Below the pieces are notes generated by a model, which saw nothing but the letters and a program-made list of their open reading frames with translations, made no database searches and had not been told where the DNA came from. A program made the translations under genes and the position numbers. A stretch of 64,000 bases of DNA, taken from contig DASPSQ010000004.1 in assembly GCA_035623855.1 (NCBI GenBank), positions 1,474 to 65,473 of the forward strand, given 5' to 3'. Shown piece after piece: positions 35,420 through 44,300 of the stretch. Each line of letters begins with the position of its first letter. Positions within the stretch are counted from its first letter, which is position 1. The stretch is from Thermoplasmata archaeon. GTDB taxonomy: Archaea > Thermoplasmatota > Thermoplasmata > Lutacidiplasmatales > UBA184.

Positions 35420-36277
35420 TCACTCCCGGCGGGCCGTCCGACCCCGCGGCGGACGCCACTGGGGAGGCTGCGGAGGGCCGGGAGGCGGGATCGCCAGTAC
35501 GGCGTCCGGAGGCAGTTCGAAAACCCGGAACTCCCGGGCCCGACGGAATCCAAGGTGCTCGAGGTGCGACTCGAGGCGGGCGGAATCCGCGAACATCGAA
35601 TATCGAACCCCGGTGCCGACCGGCTGGTGCTCGAGCGCGAACGCGACGAGCTCCGACGCCGCCCCTTTCCCTCGGGCAGACGGTTGGGTCGCGACCGCGT
35701 GGATCCCCGCGCTCGTCCGGTAGCGGTAAACGAGCGCCGAGGCGATCGGCTCACCGTGGAGCAGGGCGACGAGGGGCGCGAGGCGCTCGTGAGGGTTCGG
35801 GTGGCTCCACGCGACATCCATCGCGGTGCGGAATTCGGCCCGTTCGGACGGGCCCGTCCAAAACGAGGCGACGAGGTCCAGGTCCGACCGGTCCGCGACC
35901 CGCACCTCGATCTCCTTTCCGAACTTGGCGGGACCGGCTCCCGTGGAGAGAAGAAGTCTGAGCAACTCGGATCGCGGGCGAAAGCCAAATCGGAGGAGAC
36001 CGGACGCGACGTGGTTCGGGACCGGCTCGGGCACTCGGAAGGTCGGCCGCAGCGCCCGCTGGAAGTAGTGATCGAGAGCGCGTTCGAAGAACGCCGTCTG
36101 ACGTTCCGGCCCGACTCCCATCTCCTGGACGAAGTTGAACCGGGGGACCGGGATCTTCTCGTGCGTGACGAGGGTCGCTCCGGGAATCTCGAGCGCGAAC
36201 CCTCCGAGCGTCAGGACGAACTGTCGCTCCGCCTCGAGGGCCGCCTCGGTGGCGAGCTCCGTGAGCTCATCGACCAC
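35420..36277 (-). CDS. GNAT-family N-acetyltransferase
   Basis: IHAVATQPSARGKGAASELVAFAL is the acetyl-CoA-binding Q/RxxGxG/A motif. Confidence 0.6.
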   Translation of the reverse strand: MVDELTELATEAALEAERQFVLTLGGFALEIPGATLVTHEKIPVPRFNFVQEMGVGPERQTAFFERALDHYFQRALRPTFRVPEPVPNHVASGLLRFGFRPRSELLRLLLSTGAGPAKFGKEIEVRVADRSDLDLVASFWTGPSERAEFRTAMDVAWSHPNPHERLAPLVALLHGEPIASALVYRYRTSAGIHAVATQPSARGKGAASELVAFALEHQPVGTGVRYSMFADSARLESHLEHLGFRRAREFRVFELPPDAVLAIPPPGPPQPPQWRPPRGRTARRE

Positions 36278-36413
36278 AGTTCCGGGAGCGTTCGGGACTT
36301 AATCAGGTGGCCCACGTTCCCCCGCCGGGCCGAACAGGGTCCGTCCGCCGACCTTTAGTACCCTACGCTCCGTCCGCGGCGCCGACGGAGGCCTCCGTCG
36401 CGGAAGGGATCGG

Positions 36414-38321
36414 ATGGTCATCGAATCGATTCGCCCACCGGCGTCGATCGCGGTCCTTGGCGGAGGGAACATGGGCAACGGCATCGCGCAGGCGTGCGCC
36501 CAGGCCGGATTCACCGTTCGCGTCCGCGACATTGATTCGGCGGCGATCGAGCGGGGCCGCGGGCTCCTCGAAACGATGTTGAAGGGCGCAATCGATCGCC
36601 AGAAGCTCACACCGGCGAAGCGGGACGAGATCCTGAACCGGATCACGTTCGGAACCGAGCTCAAGGCGGCGGTCGACGGCGTGCCGCTCGTGATCGAAGC
36701 GGTCTTCGAGGAGGAGGCGGTGAAGCGGGCGCTGTTCGAGGAGCTCGTGCCGCTCCTCGGACCAAAGACGGTGGTCGCGACGAACACGTCCTCGTTGTCC
36801 GTCACCGCCCTCGCACGGTCGTTCCCACATCCGGCCCGGTTCGCGGGGCTGCACTTCTTCTACCCCGCGGCGGTGAATCAGCTCGTCGAGGTGGTCGGCG
36901 GGGAGTCCACCGATCCCGCCACGCTCGAGGAGCTCGACCGGTTCTGCTACCGGCTCCGGAAGATTCCGATCGCGACGGGGGATCGCGCCGGGTTCTGTGT
37001 GAACCGTTTCTTCGTCCCGTACCTCAACGAGTCCGTCCGGATCGCCGAGGAAGGGCTTGCGAGTCTCGCGACGATCGAGGAGGTGGGCCGGGAGCTGTTC
37101 GGAGCGACCCTCGGTCCGTTCGAGCTCATGAACGTGACCGGAATCCCCATCGCCTACCACGCCCAGAGCTCGCTCTATCGGGCGTTCGGGCCGGCATACG
37201 AGCCGGCGAAACTCCTCGAGCAGCAATTCCGAGCCGGAACGCCCTGGCGATGGAAGGAGACGCAGGTCGAACCGGAGAAGAAGGGCGCGGTCCGGCGCCG
37301 CCTTCTCGGGCTCACCATCGGTATCGCGACCCAGCTCGTCGAGGAGGGGGTCGCCACGCCCGAGGCGACGGACCGTGGGGCGACGGTCGGATTGCGCCGC
37401 AAGTGGGGACCGTTCGCCCAGCTCTCCTCGGTGGGGATCTCCGAGGGCGTCGAGGTCGTCGAGGAGTATGCGAAGCGCTGGCCAGGGAACTTTCCGGTCT
37501 CCGAGGAGCTCCGTGCGCGGGCGAAGAGGGGGGACCGTCGCTGGCCGCTGCTCTACGTTCGGCTCGAGTGGAAGGGGCCAATCGCCTGGGTCCTCCTGGA
37601 CCGCCCCGAGGCTCTGAACTCGCTGTCCACCGAGGTCCTGGAGCAGCTCGAAGCGACGTTCCACGTGCTCGAGACCGATCGATCGGTGAGGGCCGTCGTC
37701 CTCGCCGGGTCCTCCCCGGTGTTCGCCGCCGGAGCGGACATCGCCGAGATGGAGAAGAAGACACTCGCCGAAGGGATCGAGTTCGGGTTCCTCGGCCAGC
37801 GCGTCGCGGAGCGGATCGAACGGTTCCCGACCCCCGTGATCGCGCTCGTGGAGGGGTACGCCCTCGGCGGGGGGCTCGAGCTCGCGCTCGCCACGGACTT
37901 CATCGTCGCGGCGGAAGGGGCCCAGCTCGGTCTTCCCGAGGTCACGGTCGGGATCCACCCCGGGATGGGAGGCGCGACCCGCCTCACCCGCCTCATCGGG
38001 CGGGCGAACACGAAGCTTCTTGCCTACACCGGAACCCCGGTCAGCGCGGAGGAAGCGTTCCGCCTCGGCTTCGTGGTCAAGGTCGTTCCGAAGGACCGCG
38101 CCCGGGAGGAGGTCGAGGCGCTCGCGGAGACGATCGCGAGCCGGGCGCCCCTCGGGGTCCGATGGGTCAAGCAGGTCATCGATCGGGGCCTCGACGCGCC
38201 CCTCGCGACCGCCCTCCAGCTCGAGGGAGAGTCCGCCGGCCACACCTTCGGCACGAACGACCGGACCGAGGGGATGCGGGCGTTTCTGGAGCGCCGCAAG
38301 CCCAACTTCGAGGGCCGGTAG
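36414..38321 (+). CDS. Bifunctional 3-hydroxyacyl-CoA dehydrogenase (N-terminal) / enoyl-CoA hydratase (C-terminal)
   Basis: IAVLGGGNMGNGIAQ Rossmann motif and HFFYPA in the N-terminal half. IAWVLLDRPEALNSL, FAAGADI and GYALGGGLELALATD in the C-terminal crotonase half. Confidence 0.88.
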   Translation: MVIESIRPPASIAVLGGGNMGNGIAQACAQAGFTVRVRDIDSAAIERGRGLLETMLKGAIDRQKLTPAKRDEILNRITFGTELKAAVDGVPLVIEAVFEEEAVKRALFEELVPLLGPKTVVATNTSSLSVTALARSFPHPARFAGLHFFYPAAVNQLVEVVGGESTDPATLEELDRFCYRLRKIPIATGDRAGFCVNRFFVPYLNESVRIAEEGLASLATIEEVGRELFGATLGPFELMNVTGIPIAYHAQSSLYRAFGPAYEPAKLLEQQFRAGTPWRWKETQVEPEKKGAVRRRLLGLTIGIATQLVEEGVATPEATDRGATVGLRRKWGPFAQLSSVGISEGVEVVEEYAKRWPGNFPVSEELRARAKRGDRRWPLLYVRLEWKGPIAWVLLDRPEALNSLSTEVLEQLEATFHVLETDRSVRAVVLAGSSPVFAAGADIAEMEKKTLAEGIEFGFLGQRVAERIERFPTPVIALVEGYALGGGLELALATDFIVAAEGAQLGLPEVTVGIHPGMGGATRLTRLIGRANTKLLAYTGTPVSAEEAFRLGFVVKVVPKDRAREEVEALAETIASRAPLGVRWVKQVIDRGLDAPLATALQLEGESAGHTFGTNDRTEGMRAFLERRKPNFEGR

Positions 38322-38330
38322 CGTCCCCCG

Positions 38331-38723
38331 CTAGCCCGATTTCTCGAGCTCTCGATACGCTTGAGGGCTGAGCAGGCCCGACGTGTCCAGCGGTCCCGAG
38401 AGCTTGAGCTTGTAGAGCCATCCCTTCCCGTACGGGTCGTGGTTCACGAGTTCGGGGTGCGCCTTGAGCTCGCCGTTCGCGGACTCGACGGTCCCATCCC
38501 CGGGAGCGTAGACGTCGGCGACGGTCTTGACGGACTCGAGGACGAGCACGCTTCCCCCCTTCGTCACCGGCTTTCCCGCGGCGGGCAAATCGACGAAGAC
38601 GATGTCGGTCAGCTGCCCCTGGGCGTGGTCGGTGATCCCGACCGTCGCGACATTCCCCTCGACTCGGACCCACTCGTGCGTCTTCGTGTACTTGAGATCC
38701 TCCGGCACCTTGGTTTCGCTCAT
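38331..38723 (-). CDS. gcvH: Glycine cleavage system H protein (lipoyl carrier)
   Basis: YTKTHEWV, GITDHAQ and VLESVKTVADVYAP (lipoyl-Lys). Start set at ATG 38721-38723, which overlaps the ahcY TGA (ATGA). Confidence 0.88.
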   Translation of the reverse strand: MSETKVPEDLKYTKTHEWVRVEGNVATVGITDHAQGQLTDIVFVDLPAAGKPVTKGGSVLVLESVKTVADVYAPGDGTVESANGELKAHPELVNHDPYGKGWLYKLKLSGPLDTSGLLSPQAYRELEKSG

Positions 38724-39955
38724 GATGTTCCTCCTTCCCACTCGGTCGCGTATCGTTCCTGCTCCTTCGTCGGTCGGTCGATCCGCACACCCATCGGGGC
38801 CAGCGCCGCCTCCGCGACCTGACGGTCGAGCGCGGCGGGAACGGCGTGGACCCGCGGCTCCATCGAACGCCCGTACTTAGCCAGATGCTCCGCGCTCAGG
38901 GCTTGCAAGGCGAAGGAGAGGTCCATGATCTCGACCGGATGGCCCTGACCGGCGGCGAGATTGATGAGGCGGCCCTCCCCCAGAAGGTACGCCCGCCGGC
39001 CGTCCGCGAAGCGGTACTCCTCGACGTTTGGCCGGGCGGTTCGATGGCTGACCGCGAGGCCTTCGAGGTCCTTCTTCGAGACCTCGACATCGAAGTGACC
39101 GGAGTTCGCGAGCAGGCATCCGTCCTTCAGGACCTTCAGATGCTCGGACCGGACGACGCCCGTCGACCCGGTGACCGTGACGATCAGGTCGGCGATCCTC
39201 GCCGCTTCGAGCATCGGCACGACCCGGAACCCGTCCATGCGGGCCTCGAGCGCGCGGACCGGGTCGACCTCGGTCACGAGGACGTCGCCTCCCATGCCGC
39301 GCAACCGGGCCGCAACGCCCTTCCCGCACCAGCCGTAGCCCGCGACGACCGCGACCTTTCCGGCAATGAGGAGATTGGTGGCCGTGAAGATCCCATCGAG
39401 GGTCGACTGGCCGGTTCCGTAGCGGTTGTCGAAGAGGTGCTTCATCTCCGCGTCGTTCACGTCGATCGCAGGGAACCGGAGCTTTCCGGACCGTTCGAGC
39501 GCGCGAAGGCGGATCACCCCGGTCGTCGTCTCCTCCGTCGAACCTCGGATCTTTCCGCGGTCGGAGCGGGCCGTGTGGGCCAGCGCCACGAGGTCGGCCC
39601 CATCGTCGATGATCACGTCGGGGTCGGCGTCGAGCATCGCCTGGATCCCCGCATGGTACCGGGCCAGCGATTCTCCCTTCTCGGCGAGGGTCTCGACCCC
39701 GGCCTCCCGAACCGCCGCGACCGCGTCGTCGTCCGTGGACAGCGGGTTGCCCGCCGCGAGGCGCACATCTGCCCCGCCGGCCTTCAGGGCAAGGGCCAGG
39801 ACGCAGGTCTTCGCCTCGACGTGAAGGACCGCCGAAACCGTGAGCCCGGCGAGGGGCCGCTCGGTCTCGAAACGCCGCTGGACCCCCTGCAGCACCGGCA
39901 TGTGGGACCGGGCCCACTCCAGCTTGAGCCGACCCCGATCGACGTCGCCCGCCAT
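38720..39955 (-). CDS. ahcY: Adenosylhomocysteinase
   Basis: HVEAKTCVL, DDGADL, EETTTG, AGYGWCGKG and SGHFDVE motifs. Confidence 0.92.
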   Translation of the reverse strand: MAGDVDRGRLKLEWARSHMPVLQGVQRRFETERPLAGLTVSAVLHVEAKTCVLALALKAGGADVRLAAGNPLSTDDDAVAAVREAGVETLAEKGESLARYHAGIQAMLDADPDVIIDDGADLVALAHTARSDRGKIRGSTEETTTGVIRLRALERSGKLRFPAIDVNDAEMKHLFDNRYGTGQSTLDGIFTATNLLIAGKVAVVAGYGWCGKGVAARLRGMGGDVLVTEVDPVRALEARMDGFRVVPMLEAARIADLIVTVTGSTGVVRSEHLKVLKDGCLLANSGHFDVEVSKKDLEGLAVSHRTARPNVEEYRFADGRRAYLLGEGRLINLAAGQGHPVEIMDLSFALQALSAEHLAKYGRSMEPRVHAVPAALDRQVAEAALAPMGVRIDRPTKEQERYATEWEGGTS

Positions 39956-40031
39956 CTTCGGCCGGCGAGGGAAGCTCAGGACACGATAAAGGGTGGGGGA
40001 ATGAGTTCGGGATTCTTTGGTCGCGCGCGCC

Positions 40032-43000
40032 CTACTGGGTCACCGCGTTACAGAAGGGGCAGATGAGGTACTCCGCCGGAATCTCCTTGCCACAGCTCGG
40101 GCACGCCTTCAGGTTCGCTGCGGGCGTCCCCGGAGGGGTCCCGGCGCCGGGTGCTCCTGGCATCGTCGACGGGGCCCGGGATTCGGCCGAGCCGCCGGTC
40201 GGAAGCGTCGCACCGCACACATTGCAGAACCGGGCATTCGGAGCGTAGGCCGTCCCGCACTTCGGGCACGTGAGCGGGGCGGGAGCAGCGGACGGCCCGG
40301 CGGGAGGAGTCGGTGGCGCGCCCGGACCCCCAGGCGGCGCGGCGGCTCCCGGAGGCGGAAGTCCTTCGCCCGTCAGGGTCGTCTCGATCACCGTTTCCGT
40401 GGGCGCGGGCGGCGCGGTCATCCCCGCGCGGGACGTTCCCGTTCCCTGCTGGAGCTTCCACTGGCTGAAGGAGACGTAGGACGGCTGGCGCTTCCACCAG
40501 TCCCAGAACGCCCCCTCGCTGTAGTTGTCGCCGAGCTCGCGCTTCCCCTCGGCGCGGTACTTCTCCGTGAAGTCCGCGTACCCCTGGCGCTCCGGATCGG
40601 CCTCCGCTTCGCCCGGCTTACCGAGGAGGACGGCGGCGCATTCGGGGCAGACCTTGGAGTCGGCGGGGATCGTGGACGCGCATCGACTGCACCGGATGAG
40701 ATCGTGCTCGAACTCGGCACCGCACTTCGGACAGACGGTCGCATCCTCGGGGATCAGGTTCCCGCACTCCCCGCACTCGACGAGCTTTCCGGCGGCTTGG
40801 CGGCGCGCGACAAGGAGGAAGGCGAGAAGGCCCGCGACGATGACCGCCGCGATGGCGAGCCAGACCCAGACGGGCAGCCCAAGGACCTTCTGGAGGAAGA
40901 AGTTGGGCGCGGGTCCCGGCACCGAGTAAATCCCGGGGATCGTGTACGGCGCCGACGTCACTCCATAGGCCGTCGCCGTCACGGAAAGCGTGTACGAGGT
41001 TCCCGGGGAGAGGACCGAGTTCAAGGAGCTCCACGTCACGGTGAACTGCGTGTTCGGTGTGGCGGTGCCGGATCCCACGAGGATGCTCGCACCCCCCGAG
41101 GTCGGCGTCGCGTAGACGTCCACGGTCGCCGGCTGGGTACCGTTGTACGCCACGACGCCCGACGTGTAGTACGTCTGACCGAGATTGAGCGTCGTGGAGG
41201 ACGGTGCGGTCGCCGAGACGATCTTGATCACGAACGCGTAGCCGAGGAACGTCTGGGCCGGGGCGAAGTCCGGCCGGCCGCAGCCGGGCGTGCCGCTCGC
41301 GACACCGGTCGGGTACGGCGACGCGGACCACCCGAACCAGTGAGTCGGTACGGTGTTGCCCGGAACCGAGACGGCCACGTGGTAGTCTCCGAGGAAGATG
41401 CCGTCGGGAAGGCTCAGCCAGGTCAGCTCCGTTGACGCGACGAGGAGGGACGTGACGCCCTTCGAATTCGCCAATCCATACCCGGTCGTCCCCCGCTCGG
41501 CGTCGAGGTACTCGACGTACCCCCACATCGCGGGGTCGGTGGACGCAATGTCGTTGAGCCGTGAGGTGGTTTGGTTGTTGGACTGGAGCGAGTTGTACGC
41601 ATAGTACATCGAGAGCTGGGCCCCGCTGATCGCCGTGTTTCCGGCGCCCCCGGTGACGTTGAGTTCCCCCCACCGGTAGAAGTTGACCTGACTCGTGTTA
41701 TCGGGCAGAATCGCGGAGGTTCCGAACGCATCCGGCAGCGGGTTCGGGGTCGATAGGTTCGCGAGGTACCCCACCGAGTCATTCGAGAACGTCAGCTTGT
41801 TCGAGAACCACGGGTACTCCGCTGCGTAGAGCTGGTAGATCGACGAACCGACCGGGTTCCAGTTGAGGCCGAGCAGTGTGTCCACGGTCGTGAGTTCGGC
41901 GCCGGCTCCCGAGACGTGCATGTCAAAGTCCGGACCGGTGGTGTTGAGCAGGAACGTGGTGTTCGTCACGTTGACCGGTGGACCGTTCACGTTGGTGTAA
42001 TTGAGGAAAATCTGTTCGGGGGTGGAAAAGCTTCCCGTCGCATTGATGTAGTTCAGCATCCCGCCGGCCGTGATCGCGTCCAGAAGGGGGGCCGAGAGAG
42101 GCACGATCTCCTCCCCTCGCGTGCCGTTGGCGAAGAACAGGGAGGGACTCAGCGCGTAGTCGGTCCCGTAGTACTGTACGCCCAACGTGGCGGTCGTAAC
42201 ACCGATCGCGTTGGTGTCGGTGTAATTGACCAGCACGTAACCGCTGGCTGCGGAGGCACTGGGGTACAGCCAGTCCTGCATGAGCGCCTCGGGGGTGTTG
42301 GGCCCGATCAGGCCGGTGATCGAGTTCCCGACCAGGAGGAGCGGCCCCCCCACGAGCGGCGCGGGACGGGTGTACCCGAACGTGAGCAGGTTGTCCGCGT
42401 AGATTTCGGTGACTCGACTTCCAAAGAGGTTGAGTTTGGCGCCACTCAGAGTGTAGATCGTCGGGGCCCACTGCGTGTCGCCCCAGATGCTCGCGGGCTC
42501 ATACGGTCCGATACTGGGGACCGCGGGGTTCCCAGTGACGACGGAGTTGTTCAGGGTGACGACGGCCTTGGAACCATTGACATAGAACCATCCCGGGAAC
42601 TCGAACGAGGAGTCCACGGCCGTGAGAACGCCCGTGACCGTGAGGTTGAGCTTTGCGTAGGGGTTGAGGATCCCGACATCGGTCGTGACGGTCGCGTTGT
42701 ACAGGACCACCGAGCCCTGATCCACAAAGTGGTAGATGTGGCTCAAACGCTGCTCCGCCGTGCCCGTGTCCCCTACGAATTGGACGAACGAGAGGGTGAC
42801 GTTCCGTACGAACAGGATCCCGCCGGCATCGATGGTGATGTTCCCGCCTTGGAAGTAGGTGAAGCCGCCCGAAGTGGGCTGAATGGTGTAGTTTTCGCCC
42901 GCCCCGACGACGAGGTCCCCGTGGGTCGGTGGGACCGCGGACGGCGTCCGGGCGGACGCATCCGAAGCGTATGCGGGGTGGGTGGACATCGACGGCAGGG

Positions 43001-43139
43001 GAGTCAGTGCGACGTACAGGCTGGTCGTGGCGAGGAGAGCCACAAGTGCAACGAGGGAGATGCCCAGCGCCTGCGCTCGGAAATTTGGCCTTCGCGTCGT
43101 CCCTCCGACGCGGGAGGAATAGCCCAAGGAACAGTTCAC
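40032..43139 (-). CDS. Large (1035 aa) sequon-rich surface protein with N-terminal anchor, C-proximal TM and a cytoplasmic tail carrying four zinc ribbons
   Basis: N-terminal RRPNFRAQALGISLVALVALLATTSLYVAL. About 700-aa Thr/Ser/Asn-rich ectodomain. TM VWVWLAIAAVIVAGLLAFLLVA followed by RRQAAGK. Then CGECGN..CPKCG, CSRCAS..CPECA, CPKCGT..CNVCG and CPSCGK..CPFCN. Confidence 0.75.
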   Translation of the reverse strand: MNCSLGYSSRVGGTTRRPNFRAQALGISLVALVALLATTSLYVALTPLPSMSTHPAYASDASARTPSAVPPTHGDLVVGAGENYTIQPTSGGFTYFQGGNITIDAGGILFVRNVTLSFVQFVGDTGTAEQRLSHIYHFVDQGSVVLYNATVTTDVGILNPYAKLNLTVTGVLTAVDSSFEFPGWFYVNGSKAVVTLNNSVVTGNPAVPSIGPYEPASIWGDTQWAPTIYTLSGAKLNLFGSRVTEIYADNLLTFGYTRPAPLVGGPLLLVGNSITGLIGPNTPEALMQDWLYPSASAASGYVLVNYTDTNAIGVTTATLGVQYYGTDYALSPSLFFANGTRGEEIVPLSAPLLDAITAGGMLNYINATGSFSTPEQIFLNYTNVNGPPVNVTNTTFLLNTTGPDFDMHVSGAGAELTTVDTLLGLNWNPVGSSIYQLYAAEYPWFSNKLTFSNDSVGYLANLSTPNPLPDAFGTSAILPDNTSQVNFYRWGELNVTGGAGNTAISGAQLSMYYAYNSLQSNNQTTSRLNDIASTDPAMWGYVEYLDAERGTTGYGLANSKGVTSLLVASTELTWLSLPDGIFLGDYHVAVSVPGNTVPTHWFGWSASPYPTGVASGTPGCGRPDFAPAQTFLGYAFVIKIVSATAPSSTTLNLGQTYYTSGVVAYNGTQPATVDVYATPTSGGASILVGSGTATPNTQFTVTWSSLNSVLSPGTSYTLSVTATAYGVTSAPYTIPGIYSVPGPAPNFFLQKVLGLPVWVWLAIAAVIVAGLLAFLLVARRQAAGKLVECGECGNLIPEDATVCPKCGAEFEHDLIRCSRCASTIPADSKVCPECAAVLLGKPGEAEADPERQGYADFTEKYRAEGKRELGDNYSEGAFWDWWKRQPSYVSFSQWKLQQGTGTSRAGMTAPPAPTETVIETTLTGEGLPPPGAAAPPGGPGAPPTPPAGPSAAPAPLTCPKCGTAYAPNARFCNVCGATLPTGGSAESRAPSTMPGAPGAGTPPGTPAANLKACPSCGKEIPAEYLICPFCNAVTQ

Positions 43140-43163
43140 GACCGAAGAAAGGTCGGGTTCCTG

Positions 43164-43170
43164 TATTTAA
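43164..43170 (-). promoter_or_regulatory. TATA-like element (TTAAATA on the minus strand) for the 1035-aa surface-protein gene
   Basis: About 28 nt upstream of the ATG at 43139. Confidence 0.35.
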
Positions 43171-43251
43171 GAGTCACTTCGGGGCGCCTTCCCTCTCGGT
43201 TGGCGGACCGCCGGACGGGCCCGCCTCTGCGGCTCCCCCGGCTCTGCGTCG

Positions 43252-44286
43252 CTAGGGCAGTTCCACGACGATCTTTCCGAACAGATCCGGCGCGTCGAAG
43301 CGACGGAACGCCTCCCCCGCCTTCTCGAACGGGGTGACCGAGTCGACGACCGGACGGAGCCGACCCTGGGCGATGTGCTCGAGAACCTCCGCGAACTCTC
43401 GGGCATTCGACATCGTGCTCCCTCGGATCGACGCCTGCCGCCAGAACAGGTTTCGCACGTCGAGATCGATGGTCGGCCCGCCCGTCGCCCCGATGACCAC
43501 GACCCGTCCGGCGCGGGCCAGGGACCGGACCGATCGGCTGAGCGTCGGCGCGCCGACCGAGTCGAGGATCACGTCCACCCCCCGTTTCTCGCTCCACTGC
43601 CAGAGGACCCGGTCGAGAGGGTTCGCCTCATCGTACGAGAGTGCGGCCTCGGCCCCGAGGGCCAACGCCCGCTCGGCTTTTTCCCGGGACCGGGAGACGA
43701 CCGCGACCCGAGCTCCGAGAAGTTTCGCGATCTGAACCGCCGCAGTCGGGACCCCGCCCCCCGCACCGATGATCGCCACCCGGTCCCCCGGGCCGATCGA
43801 CCCCACGGTCTTCAGGGCCCGCCACGCGGTGAGAAACACGAGAGGCGCCGCGGCTCCTTCGGAGAACGATAGTCGATCCGGCAACGGATGCACATTCCGC
43901 CGTGGTACGACGACAAATCTCGTCGCGGTGCCCTGCGTATGTTCTCCGAGGATCCGATAGTTCCGGCACAGCTCCTCGTGCCCCGACCGGCATGCCTCGC
44001 AGGTTCCATCCCCCATCCCGGGGTTGATCAGGACGTTGGCACCGACCGTGAGGTCCGCGATGCCCGAACCGAGACGGTCGACGCGACCGGAGCCATCGGA
44101 TCCGAGGACGTGGGGTCGGTCGACGGTCACGCCGGGGATCCCTTCCAAGGTGAACCGGTCGAGCCGGTTGAACGCTGCCGCGCGAACGAGGATTCGGATC
44201 TCTCCCTCCCGCGGCTCTGGCTCCGGGATCTCGACGAATCCTAACCGGTCGTAGCCTCCGTGTTCGACGAAGCCGAACCCTCGCAT
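43252..44286 (-). CDS. Zinc-type alcohol dehydrogenase / quinone oxidoreductase (MDR superfamily)
   Basis: GSDGSGRV, C-x2-C-x..C structural-zinc-like CEACRSGHEELC and AIIGAGGGVPTAAVQIAK Rossmann motif. ATG at 44284-44286; the rest of the track ORF is antisense to cysS. Confidence 0.85.
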   Translation of the reverse strand: MRGFGFVEHGGYDRLGFVEIPEPEPREGEIRILVRAAAFNRLDRFTLEGIPGVTVDRPHVLGSDGSGRVDRLGSGIADLTVGANVLINPGMGDGTCEACRSGHEELCRNYRILGEHTQGTATRFVVVPRRNVHPLPDRLSFSEGAAAPLVFLTAWRALKTVGSIGPGDRVAIIGAGGGVPTAAVQIAKLLGARVAVVSRSREKAERALALGAEAALSYDEANPLDRVLWQWSEKRGVDVILDSVGAPTLSRSVRSLARAGRVVVIGATGGPTIDLDVRNLFWRQASIRGSTMSNAREFAEVLEHIAQGRLRPVVDSVTPFEKAGEAFRRFDAPDLFGKIVVELP

Positions 44287-44300
44287 CGTTCCCTTCCCCG

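Noticed and set aside
33021-35459. 812-aa minus-strand ORF opposite ppsA
   Set aside because: It is antisense to an unambiguous PEP synthase. Its composition (R/G/P/D/E/H) is typical of shadow ORFs.
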